From an uncultured bacterium (GTDB taxonomy: Bacteria > CSSED10-310 > CAZUFC01), in the NCBI GenBank assembly GCA_964619725.1, contig CAZUFC010000013.1, positions 46,570 through 110,569 on the forward strand: a stretch of DNA of 64,000 nucleotides. The letters are read 5' to 3'. The first letter of the stretch is position 1, and every line of letters starts with the position of its first letter. The translations under genes were made by a program, and so were the position numbers. A model generated the notes under the pieces. It was not told where the DNA came from and did not search any database. It saw only the letters and a program-made list of their open reading frames with translations. Below, in pieces: positions 30,515 through 38,895 of this stretch.

Positions 30515-30584
30515 AAATGCTCTTTTGGCTTGAATTGCTTTGTTGATGATGTTATGATCGGTTATTCCATCGGGCGTTTCGCCG

Positions 30585-30858
30585 ATGGACGAACAGGTGA
30601 AAGGAGGGGGCAGTTTCGAATATCTTCCTGGGTCCGGCCAAATATTTAACGCTCGGGCTTGAAATTGTCGCTTCCACTGCAATAGGCCTTTTTTTAGGCC
30701 TTTACCTTGATTCAAAATTTGGGACCGAACCATGGATGATGATCGTTTTTCTGATTTTTGGAATTGCCGCAGGTTTCTTGAGTTTGTTCAGAGCCGGCAG
30801 AATCGACGCCGAAGGAATAAAGCTTGACGATGCCCCGGAAAAAAAGAAATTCGAATAA
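30585..30858 (+). pseudogene. atpZ: AtpZ/AtpI-family small membrane protein, frameshifted or with non-canonical start (absent from ORF track)
   Basis: Frame from 30601 reads KEGAVSNIFLGPAKYLTLGLEIVASTAIGLFLGLYLDSKFGTEPWMMIVFLIFGIAAGFLSLFR...* but is preceded by TGA; ATG 30585 is in another frame across a G5 run. Confidence 0.7.
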
Positions 30859-30862
30859 CAGT

Positions 30863-31234
30863 ATGATTCCTGTTTTCAGAAACGCGCTTCTTATCGGAAT
30901 CATCGCATCCTTTGTAGGACTGCTTATTTCAAGCTCGATTTTCTGGGGGATGCTGACCGGCGCCATTGTCGCTTTAGCTAATCTTGTTTCGGTCAATTTC
31001 CTCGTCAAAAGAATTGCGACTCCTGAAAAAATAAAAAAACTCAAGTTGAAAATTTTCGGTGTTCTTATCTCCAAACTCCTTCTCATCGGATTGATCTTCT
31101 ATTTCTTTCTCGTAATAGCCAAAATCAGTCCATTGGGCCTCTTTGCAGGATTGACCGTAGTCCTTGCAGCCTTTATGATTCAGGCCGGCTTTTTTCATCC
31201 CAACAGATTATCGGATGAACCTCTTCAACGATGA
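30863..31234 (+). CDS. atpI: ATP synthase subunit I
   Basis: Four-TM protein between atpZ and atpB with 'G....L.N', 'K', 'GL..G' pattern. Confidence 0.8.
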   Translation: MIPVFRNALLIGIIASFVGLLISSSIFWGMLTGAIVALANLVSVNFLVKRIATPEKIKKLKLKIFGVLISKLLLIGLIFYFFLVIAKISPLGLFAGLTVVLAAFMIQAGFFHPNRLSDEPLQR

Positions 31235-31249
31235 TAAACGGACGTTAAA

Positions 31250-31987
31250 ATGGAAGGCATTGCTCATACACTATGGATTACCGAAAAAGTTAATCAGGTC
31301 CTGGGCGGTCCCGCCTCAGCGCTGCTGACTGCTTTGGGCATTCAACATGATACGGCGACTCCGTTGCCCCAGCACCTCATCATCACCTGGGAAATAATAA
31401 TTATCCTGACCATACTGGCGTATGTCTCTTCAAAAAGAATTTCCCTCATACCCAAAAAATTACAACATGTCTGGGAATTATTCGCTCAGGTCATTCTGCA
31501 ATTGCTTCGGTCTGTACTAGGACCAAAAGGAGATAAATATTTTTCCCTGATTGCTTCTATGGCATTGTTCATCCTTATCGGTAATCTGATGGGCTTGTTT
31601 CCCTTCAGTTCTTCTCCCACCGCCAACCTCAACACCACTGTCGCATGCGCATTGATCATATTCTTCTACTACCACTTCCAGGGCATAAAGGAACTCGGCT
31701 TGAAAAAATACTTGAAACACTTCATGGGACCTTCTCTCATCGCTGCGCCTTTCTTGATTCCCATAGAAACCATCAGTCATTGTTCGAGAGTGCTCAGTCT
31801 GTCCGTTAGACTATTCGGAAATATCATGGGCGAAGATATCGTCATTATCATTATTTTTTCTCTGGCTCCACTGCTGGCGCCCGTTCCCATGATGGCTTTC
31901 GCCATCTTTACCTCCATTCTTCAGGCGTTCATTTTTATCATGCTCTCCATCATGTACCTCGCAGGAGCCGTCAGCCAGGAACATTAA
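31250..31987 (+). CDS. atpB: F0F1 ATP synthase subunit a
   Basis: 'N..GL.P', 'PTANLN', 'IE.IS...R.LSLSVRLFGN', 'LQAFIF..L...Y'. Confidence 0.97.
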   Translation: MEGIAHTLWITEKVNQVLGGPASALLTALGIQHDTATPLPQHLIITWEIIIILTILAYVSSKRISLIPKKLQHVWELFAQVILQLLRSVLGPKGDKYFSLIASMALFILIGNLMGLFPFSSSPTANLNTTVACALIIFFYYHFQGIKELGLKKYLKHFMGPSLIAAPFLIPIETISHCSRVLSLSVRLFGNIMGEDIVIIIIFSLAPLLAPVPMMAFAIFTSILQAFIFIMLSIMYLAGAVSQEH

Positions 31988-32051
31988 AGGATTATTCATT
32001 GAAAGGAATAAGATTTAAAATCAATTTTTGGAACTTCAAGGGAGGAATCTG

Positions 32052-32423
32052 ATGTTAAAAGGACTGTCGATTTTCACGTTAGCTTTAGTTTTCTTGTTCA
32101 TTACAGCAGCCCCCATCGCCGCTCAAGAAGCTCATTCAAGTGCGGAATCAGAATCGGCTATGGACCCCAAAACACTCTACTTTATTGTCGTTGTCGTCGT
32201 GGCAAGCGTATGTATGATGCTGGCCTCTTCCATGGCTATCCTGGGACAGAGCAGAGCTTTGATTACCGCAATCAAAGCAATCTCTAGACAACCCAACGCT
32301 CTTGCCGGCATTCAGACCAATCTGATCATCGGGCTCGCTCTGATAGAATCACTTGCTATTTATGTACTGCTCATCGCTCTGATTCTCTTCTTCGTGAATC
32401 CTTTTACGGAATACCTGGTCTGA
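32052..32423 (+). CDS. atpE: F0F1 ATP synthase subunit c with N-terminal leader
   Basis: GGAGG RBS; 'GQ', 'RQP', 'GLALIESLAIY'; signal-like N-terminus. Confidence 0.93.
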   Translation: MLKGLSIFTLALVFLFITAAPIAAQEAHSSAESESAMDPKTLYFIVVVVVASVCMMLASSMAILGQSRALITAIKAISRQPNALAGIQTNLIIGLALIESLAIYVLLIALILFFVNPFTEYLV

Positions 32424-32947
32424 TCTGAACATCTTTCTCGATACATTAAAATATTCGCTTTCCTGGGTTTCAGTTTACCCCAATTTACAACCGGCTTAGA
32501 AGTTTTGACTGTAGAGGCCTGGCGAACTGCAGTGAATTTTGCGCATCTGAGTACAAAAATGACGGCAAGAAAGGCATTTCAAAAGTCTATTTAATAATCC
32601 TGCGTTCTCTGAGGGAATTCGGATTGCAGGATTTCTAAGCGGCAAACACATGAAATTTTCTCAGTAGTATTGCAATGCGCTGGTTATGACTTGAAAAAGC
32701 CCGGCGGCTAATTCGGGGTAGCAAAAAGAGATTGATCGAACCGGTAGAATAATTATTACGAAGTGCTGGATCACTAATAATAAATGTTTTGAAATAACCG
32801 TTAATGAGCAAAGAATTCATTCGCAGCGGTTCGGTCATGGAGGGCTTCGCATAACCTTTCGCAATAATATCCCGGGCGGTAAAAGCGTCTGCCGCACAAC
32901 CGGCGAAAAAATGATTTTTCTATAAAAAAACGACGGCTATTTTTTTC

Positions 32948-32976
32948 TTGACATTCACAATAGCATTAGGAATAAT
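32948..32976 (+). promoter_or_regulatory. Sigma-70-like promoter about 210 nt upstream of the 33187 ORF
   Basis: TTGACA-17 nt-AATAAT. Confidence 0.55.
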
Positions 32977-33186
32977 AAGAGAGTGTTACTTTCCTTACTG
33001 ATGGAATAAGGATTCAAGTAACGGATTTGCTTAGGAAGCTCAGGAAGAATTGTAAAACCGATTTTGGTTAGCTAATGAAAGATATTTATAGAAACGCATG
33101 GATTCAAATGAGCTAGGCAGAGTGATTTTATGAAAATTGCTTTATTGATGAAATTTTTTTTTACAGAAGGGAGTTGAGTAATTATA

Positions 33187-33942
33187 ATGCCTAAAGAAAA
33201 GGATATGGTCGATTTTATGCTTTATCTTTTATCCGCCGGCAACTTTGTCCAGGAACAGAGCATCCCAACACACAAGGACAGGTTGTACAACACTTTCGGA
33301 AAGACTTTTCTAAGAGGGATCAAATCGCTTTCGGTCCTTTCAGGAGCTGCAGCCGATGCCCTGGCAGCCCAAAGGAATAGAGAGGAAGTGAAACAGAAAC
33401 CAGAAGAGGAAAAAATAACGCCTCGTATACAATATACCCCACAGGTCGTCGAAAAAGAACCCAGACCGGCGCCTTCTTACGATTATTCACCGCCGGAAAA
33501 AATGACGATACCCGATACTCAAAAAGAAGAACCGGTCCCAGTGAGACCTCAGAAGCCTTTTGTACGAGTTCGCAAGCACAATAGAGACGAGTCCCGGAAG
33601 AAAACAACGGACACGACCTCAGAGACCTTCGATGCGACGGAAAATGAGGAGCAGCAGATCACCGCAGTTCAGAGTCCTCCTCAGGATGATGTGCAGAAGA
33701 AGCCGGCTGCTGAAGTCCCACAGGAGCAATTCTACAAGATCAAGGAAAACGAAGCGGAAAACAATGACAGAGAGCCTGCCATATCAGGTGAAACATTCGA
33801 AAAGATCAGGGAAGAGGAAAAAGAAAAACTTAAAGAAAAATATCCTCATCTCCAGGATAAAGATTGGAACCGGGGATTGTGGAAGACCTGGCTTGATTTA
33901 GCCGTAAAAAACAGAATCGACGAAATGAAAGCGAAAAGCTGA
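33187..33942 (+). CDS. Hypothetical cytoplasmic protein with Pro/Glu/Thr-rich disordered linker
   Basis: 251-aa ORF with AAGGGAG RBS; no recognised motif. Confidence 0.6.
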   Translation: MPKEKDMVDFMLYLLSAGNFVQEQSIPTHKDRLYNTFGKTFLRGIKSLSVLSGAAADALAAQRNREEVKQKPEEEKITPRIQYTPQVVEKEPRPAPSYDYSPPEKMTIPDTQKEEPVPVRPQKPFVRVRKHNRDESRKKTTDTTSETFDATENEEQQITAVQSPPQDDVQKKPAAEVPQEQFYKIKENEAENNDREPAISGETFEKIREEEKEKLKEKYPHLQDKDWNRGLWKTWLDLAVKNRIDEMKAKS

Positions 33943-34267
33943 ATCCCTTTGTTTTTTTAATGGGCGTAAACAAAAAACTTCATCGCCATTTTCATCTATG
34001 AACTGATTTGTTTTTGTTTATTAAAAGTGAGATAAAGTGATTGGGAATTTCTTTTGTTGAATCTGAATGAGAAGCCTGTTATATCAGATTTTATGTTATT
34101 ATATTATTTTATTTGTTAATTTTTGTCCACATAAACGGCGAATTTTCCCCAATACTGAGTCAGTCTTCGGATTTGCTCAGTCAAAGTATAAGCGCCGCCC
34201 CTGCCTCGCAAATCCTTACCATCCTTGTCTTAAGAAAAATTCGCTCGTTTATGGATCAAAAACCGCA

Positions 34268-34320
34268 GTGACTGTCCGGCATTAAATTTTGAATCGAGAA
34301 TCGAGTTTGTGGACAGTCAC
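34268..34320 (-). repeat. 53-bp element with perfect 10-bp terminal inverted repeats
   Basis: GTGACTGTCC...GGACAGTCAC; reverse complement nearly identical to 63893-63945 and 63952-64000. Confidence 0.85.
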
Positions 34321-34364
34321 TTGTTAAGAATATTTAATAGTATTATTTTATAATTCATTAAACA

Positions 34365-34417
34365 GCGCCTGTCCGCAACGAATTTTTAACTCAGCATGCC
34401 GTGAGGCGGACAGACGT
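34365..34417. repeat. 53-bp element with related ends but different core
   Basis: GCGCCTGTCCGC...GCGGACAGACGT, same length as the neighbouring element. Confidence 0.55.
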
Positions 34418-34504
34418 TGCGAGTTTCCGGCTCGGAAACAAGAAAATCCGCAGCCTGCGAAGCATTGTAGGAAATCGCCGTTTAAGGACAAAAACAAGGT
34501 AAAT

Positions 34505-36502
34505 TTAATGCACGATCACGCCTGGTGGGATTTCGCCGGGGAATTCAGCGAGCGTAATTGTTTCATCATTTATTCCGGCTGCCAGAATCATCCCTTCACT
34601 CATGCCGTGTTTCAGTTTTTCAGCTTTCAAGTTAGCGACGAAGAGGACTTTTTTTCCAATCAGTGTTTCCGGTTGATAGGAAAGTCCGATTCCAGCCAGG
34701 ACGACTTTCTTGCCGTTTCCGGCGTCGAGCGTTATTCTTAAGTGTTTTGCAGCATCTGTTACTTTTTCTGCGCCGGTGATTTCAGCGACTCTCAAGTCTA
34801 TTTTCAAAAAATCTTCCATTGAGATGCTGGGTTTGGCGAGCATTTCTTTCACGTCTGAAATATTGACGTTATTATTTTTCTTTTCAGAGGCATATATCAT
34901 TTTTGAGAATTTATCGTTATTGGGGGAATTGATCAAGCGGAAGAAGGGTCCGATTTTATGATTTTCCAGATTGAATTTATGATCGTTCCATGTCAGGGGT
35001 TTGATTCTTAGTATTTTCTCAGCTTCCATAGCAGTATGAGGTAATATGGGTTTTATAAAAACCACAAGCGCTTTGCAGAAATTTAGAACCGCTGTCGCTA
35101 TTTTCCTCGCCTCCTGTTCATCCTTTTTTACCAGCCGGGGAAGGTCGGCTTCTTTAAGGTATTTTATTCCCAGATCGGCGACTTTACGAATTTCTTCGAT
35201 TGCAGAATTAAAATTGAGGCTGAGATAGTGAGTAAACAGAACCTGCGCTTTTTGTGAAATGTATTTTTCCAGTTTCGTTTGTTTTTCGGGCAAATTTGCA
35301 ATACGACCTTTTAAATTTTGATGAATAAAATTGATCAGGTTGTCGAATAGCCAATTCAGACGATCTGTCAGGTCCTCCTTGATTAGAGCATAAAATTCCT
35401 TTTCATTGAATTCGGCAGGTTTGATTGAAGAGGAGGAATTTGCAGCAAAGAAATATCTCAATGTTTCCGGATTAAAGAATTTTTCAAATACTTCAGCGGA
35501 TATGTCGGGTTTGTCATCTGATGATGAACCGACGATTACATCTCCATGCGCCACGATTCTCTCAGGCAGCGCAAAACGAGTGCCCATAAGAATTGACGGC
35601 CAGATCAGTGAATACATGTACCAGTCCTTGCTGCTCATGAAATGAAAAATATGTGACTTTGAGTTGGACCAGTGTTTCGCGTTTTTTCCTTCTATTTTGT
35701 CCAGATATTCTTCCGTTACAGCCGGAAAAGAAGCGGCGATATCAAAATATTCGTTGAAATACAAAGATTCCTCTCCTGGAATCGCAAATCCTAAATAATT
35801 CTGGTCACGGCTTATCTCCGCATCGGGCAGTTCTTCTTCCAGTTTTTCTTCAATATAACTTTTCACTTCTCCAGGAAAACTCTTCGGGTTCTTCAACCAT
35901 TCTTTTAAACGATGTTTATACTCGGAAATCTTATAGAAATAATGCACTCTCGTCTTTTTCACATACTCGCTGCCGCAGCGGGCGCAGGCGTCTCCCGGTT
36001 CTGATTCTTCAATTGCAACGCCGCAAAAAGGACAAGCGGATGTGCCGTTGAAAATTCCTCTGCAATGAGAGCATATTTTTTGAGATTCGAAGGGGGAAGC
36101 AAATAAATTACATGTTTCACAATAATTTTGTTCGGTTTCGGTTCTGTAAACGTGGTCAAGTCCTCTGAGCCGCCGGAAGAAAAGTTCAATAAAGTGTTTC
36201 GTTTTTGAGATATGCGTGGAATAAAGTCCGTCGAATTCTATTCCGAATTTTTGAAAAAATTTCCTTTTTTCTTCAATGACAGCGCTCAATTTCTTGTCGA
36301 TTTCTTCTTTATTTTCGTCAGTTTCAGGTTCATAAGACGGACTGTGGACCTGCAGGGCGCAGGTGAAAACAGAATCCTGGCTGGTCAGATTGAGAAACCG
36401 GTTAAAGATATCCGCTTTGACAAATTTGTACAGATCCTCAATGGAAAACTCTCGATCAATGGACGGAACGGAACATGTAATAATTATTTTGTCATCCTTC
36501 AA
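34505..36502 (-). CDS. Methionyl-tRNA synthetase paralogue, catalytically degenerate
   Basis: Colinear with MetG: 'AD...RF', zinc knuckles, 'HYF.K.S', 'ISRD..Y.GF.IP', 'LRYFFA', 'KPILP', C-terminal 'DF.K.DLRV..I...NL....SEGM.LAA'; HIGH and KMSKS absent; TTG start at 36502 after AGGGGAG. Confidence 0.85.
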   Translation of the reverse strand: MKDDKIIITCSVPSIDREFSIEDLYKFVKADIFNRFLNLTSQDSVFTCALQVHSPSYEPETDENKEEIDKKLSAVIEEKRKFFQKFGIEFDGLYSTHISKTKHFIELFFRRLRGLDHVYRTETEQNYCETCNLFASPFESQKICSHCRGIFNGTSACPFCGVAIEESEPGDACARCGSEYVKKTRVHYFYKISEYKHRLKEWLKNPKSFPGEVKSYIEEKLEEELPDAEISRDQNYLGFAIPGEESLYFNEYFDIAASFPAVTEEYLDKIEGKNAKHWSNSKSHIFHFMSSKDWYMYSLIWPSILMGTRFALPERIVAHGDVIVGSSSDDKPDISAEVFEKFFNPETLRYFFAANSSSSIKPAEFNEKEFYALIKEDLTDRLNWLFDNLINFIHQNLKGRIANLPEKQTKLEKYISQKAQVLFTHYLSLNFNSAIEEIRKVADLGIKYLKEADLPRLVKKDEQEARKIATAVLNFCKALVVFIKPILPHTAMEAEKILRIKPLTWNDHKFNLENHKIGPFFRLINSPNNDKFSKMIYASEKKNNNVNISDVKEMLAKPSISMEDFLKIDLRVAEITGAEKVTDAAKHLRITLDAGNGKKVVLAGIGLSYQPETLIGKKVLFVANLKAEKLKHGMSEGMILAAGINDETITLAEFPGEIPPGVIVH

Positions 36503-36789
36503 ATCGATTCTCCCCTTTCTGGCGCTGTTACGAATAATACTTCCCGGAAAAGCCGGAGCTTTCCGGAGACACAACAGCATATACAAGTGTTTTTTGAAAA
36601 GCAAGAGCTTAGGGTGAAAATAAGGGAAGAAATTATGCAGCAAAACATCGCAGATTCTTAACATTCCGGTCATCAGCAGCGATAGGCGAATAAATCGAAG
36701 GGGAAGAAATCATTTGATTTCGTCAGTTGAATTCTCTAAGATAATCTGAAGCTTATCGATTCCGCAAACATTCGGGAGAGAGATCGCAC

Positions 36790-37443
36790 ATGAGATACAT
36801 GAAACGTTACGAAAAACACATTCTGACTTTCGTGGTCATGCTTTTTTACATCGTCGGATATTTTGTCATAACTTCAGCCGTCTCTTCGTTGCCTTCTCAT
36901 ACGCTTTTTTCGAGTTGGGATCGTGAGTTGCCATTAAGGCCAGGATTCATTTATGTCTATCTTCAGGTCTATTTCATCGTTTTTTTGCCTGTCTTTCTGA
37001 CGGACAGGATATCCCTGATCAGGAAATTCGCTTGCGCTTATATGGTCACGATGATTTGCAGTTATGCGCTTTTCATCATATTTCCCGTAGTAAGACCCAG
37101 GCCTGATGTTGAGCTCGTTAGTTTCAACAGTTTTTGTCTATCCGTGCTATACCGGTTAGATCATCCTACCGGATGTTTTCCCAGCCTTCATGTGGCTATG
37201 GCCACTTTGGCCTCTCTCTGCACCTTCTCCGTCAACCGCGCTTTCGGCATTTTTTCCTGGATAATGACATTGCTGATCGCTTTATCCACTTTGTTTATAA
37301 AGCAACACTTTGCAGCCGATGTCATTTCAGGAGCTTTTTTGGCCTGCCTCTCTTACTTGCTCGTTAAAAGCGAAATAAAGGCTATCGTTTTACAACCGCT
37401 CTTCAAAAGAACGGCTTCCGCTGAACAGGGAAATCATCCTTGA
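36790..37443 (+). CDS. PAP2-family membrane phosphatase/phosphotransferase
   Basis: 'P...RP', 'D.P..CFPSLHV', 'STLF.KQH...DV..G'. Confidence 0.9.
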   Translation: MRYMKRYEKHILTFVVMLFYIVGYFVITSAVSSLPSHTLFSSWDRELPLRPGFIYVYLQVYFIVFLPVFLTDRISLIRKFACAYMVTMICSYALFIIFPVVRPRPDVELVSFNSFCLSVLYRLDHPTGCFPSLHVAMATLASLCTFSVNRAFGIFSWIMTLLIALSTLFIKQHFAADVISGAFLACLSYLLVKSEIKAIVLQPLFKRTASAEQGNHP

Positions 37444-37628
37444 CTGAGCAACCTCTTGACGCCTGGCTGAAAAACAACTGTTACCGGTAAGGAAACCATA
37501 CGTGCGCGTCAAAAATTTTGTGGGGCAAATCATTATGTGCTAAACTTGTCGTCGGGTAAGTCGTTGATGAGGAACCTTCTGAAAAACAGAGAATTTTTTG
37601 GTAATTCTTCTTAAGGGAAAGGCTGGAT

Positions 37629-38882
37629 ATGAATCGAACGAGTTTATTCGCTCAAGTTACAATTTTTTGCATCATCACCGCCGGCGGGCTCCTTCAAGAA
37701 ACTGATGCAAAAAACCTTGATCTGATTAATGAAAAATCCCTATCTGAAATCAGGGAATCAGACAAATTGACGACATCAGACCAGGAATACTACATCGCTG
37801 ATTTTTTCATTTCTGAAACAGGGATTTTAAGAGAAACAGAAACGCCGACATATCTTCCCAGCGTTACGCCCTCCGCTCCTCCTTCATTCACTTCCACGCC
37901 CATTCCCACAATAACAGTTTCCCCTTATTGGAGTCCAACCGGAGCAATTACTCCGCCTACCGAAACTCCGGTTGAAAGTCCCACTTTTTCATCAACTCCT
38001 ACGGCCTTTTTCACCCATTCCCCCACCAGTACGAATACTGCAACGCCGACACCGACTCCAACGGGTTTTTCAACGGTTACTGAAGTTCCTACCTTGCCGA
38101 CTGCAACGGCCACAGCGAGCCCCACTTTTTCATCCACGGGGACGCCATATCCGACTACAAGCGTTACTTTAACAAATACGCCCGATGAAACGGCGACGCC
38201 TACGCCCACAGTATCCTCATCAGGAACTCCTGTTCCGACGTTAATCCCGACAAATGCCTTCACCTTTACATCCACTCCGACAGAGACAATGACGTTTTCG
38301 CCTACCGGCACGGCAGTCGTTACCCCCACCGCTGAATTAACCCGGACAATCGCTCCTACGATGAGTCAAACTCCAACGCCACGCATTACGTTGACGCCCA
38401 CATTGCCTCCTTTAGGGGTTATTCTTGAGTTATCGGAAGAGGACGATTTTTGTTTCAGGACGGGCGATCTTTTTCGACTCGATGCCTGGATAAGCAATCC
38501 AGGTCCCGAAGAGTATGAAGGAGTTCCTTTCGTTGTATTGCTTGATATTGACGGAGAGTATTGGTGGTATCCGGAGTGGAGCAGTGATTTTACATATGCA
38601 CAGGTTGAGTTGCCGAGTGGAACGAAAAAGTTGAGGATTCTGGACTTTATTTGGCCTGACGATCCTTCGGAAGAGGATGACGTGAGAATATACGCCGCTC
38701 TTTTAAATTATGAATTGACTGATTTTTTCGCTCCTGAGGGGGATTACGCCGGATACGATTATGTTGAATTCGACTATGGTTGCGATTGTCCCGGTTTTCA
38801 TCCGGAACAGAAAGAGGGTCTTTTGAGAGAACGGACTGAAGCGAATTCGCCGGCCCGGGAGCTCCCGTTTTTCACTCAATAG
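37629..38882 (+). CDS. Secreted Thr/Pro-rich protein with globular C-terminal domain
   Basis: Signal peptide, about 190 aa of TPT/SPT repeats, C-terminal 'LGV.L...F..GD...L.....NPGP....P.FV.LD..G.YW..P.W'. Confidence 0.75.
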   Translation: MNRTSLFAQVTIFCIITAGGLLQETDAKNLDLINEKSLSEIRESDKLTTSDQEYYIADFFISETGILRETETPTYLPSVTPSAPPSFTSTPIPTITVSPYWSPTGAITPPTETPVESPTFSSTPTAFFTHSPTSTNTATPTPTPTGFSTVTEVPTLPTATATASPTFSSTGTPYPTTSVTLTNTPDETATPTPTVSSSGTPVPTLIPTNAFTFTSTPTETMTFSPTGTAVVTPTAELTRTIAPTMSQTPTPRITLTPTLPPLGVILELSEEDDFCFRTGDLFRLDAWISNPGPEEYEGVPFVVLLDIDGEYWWYPEWSSDFTYAQVELPSGTKKLRILDFIWPDDPSEEDDVRIYAALLNYELTDFFAPEGDYAGYDYVEFDYGCDCPGFHPEQKEGLLRERTEANSPARELPFFTQ

Positions 38883-38895
38883 CGCATTCTAGAGG

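Noticed and set aside
34505-36673. Calling this functional metG, or a pseudogene
   Set aside because: Catalytic motifs are absent, yet the frame is intact with an RBS and conserved structural domains
37925-38329. Val/Gly-rich minus-strand ORF or DNA tandem repeat
   Set aside because: Mirror of Thr/Pro codons on the plus strand; codons vary, so there is no true DNA repeat
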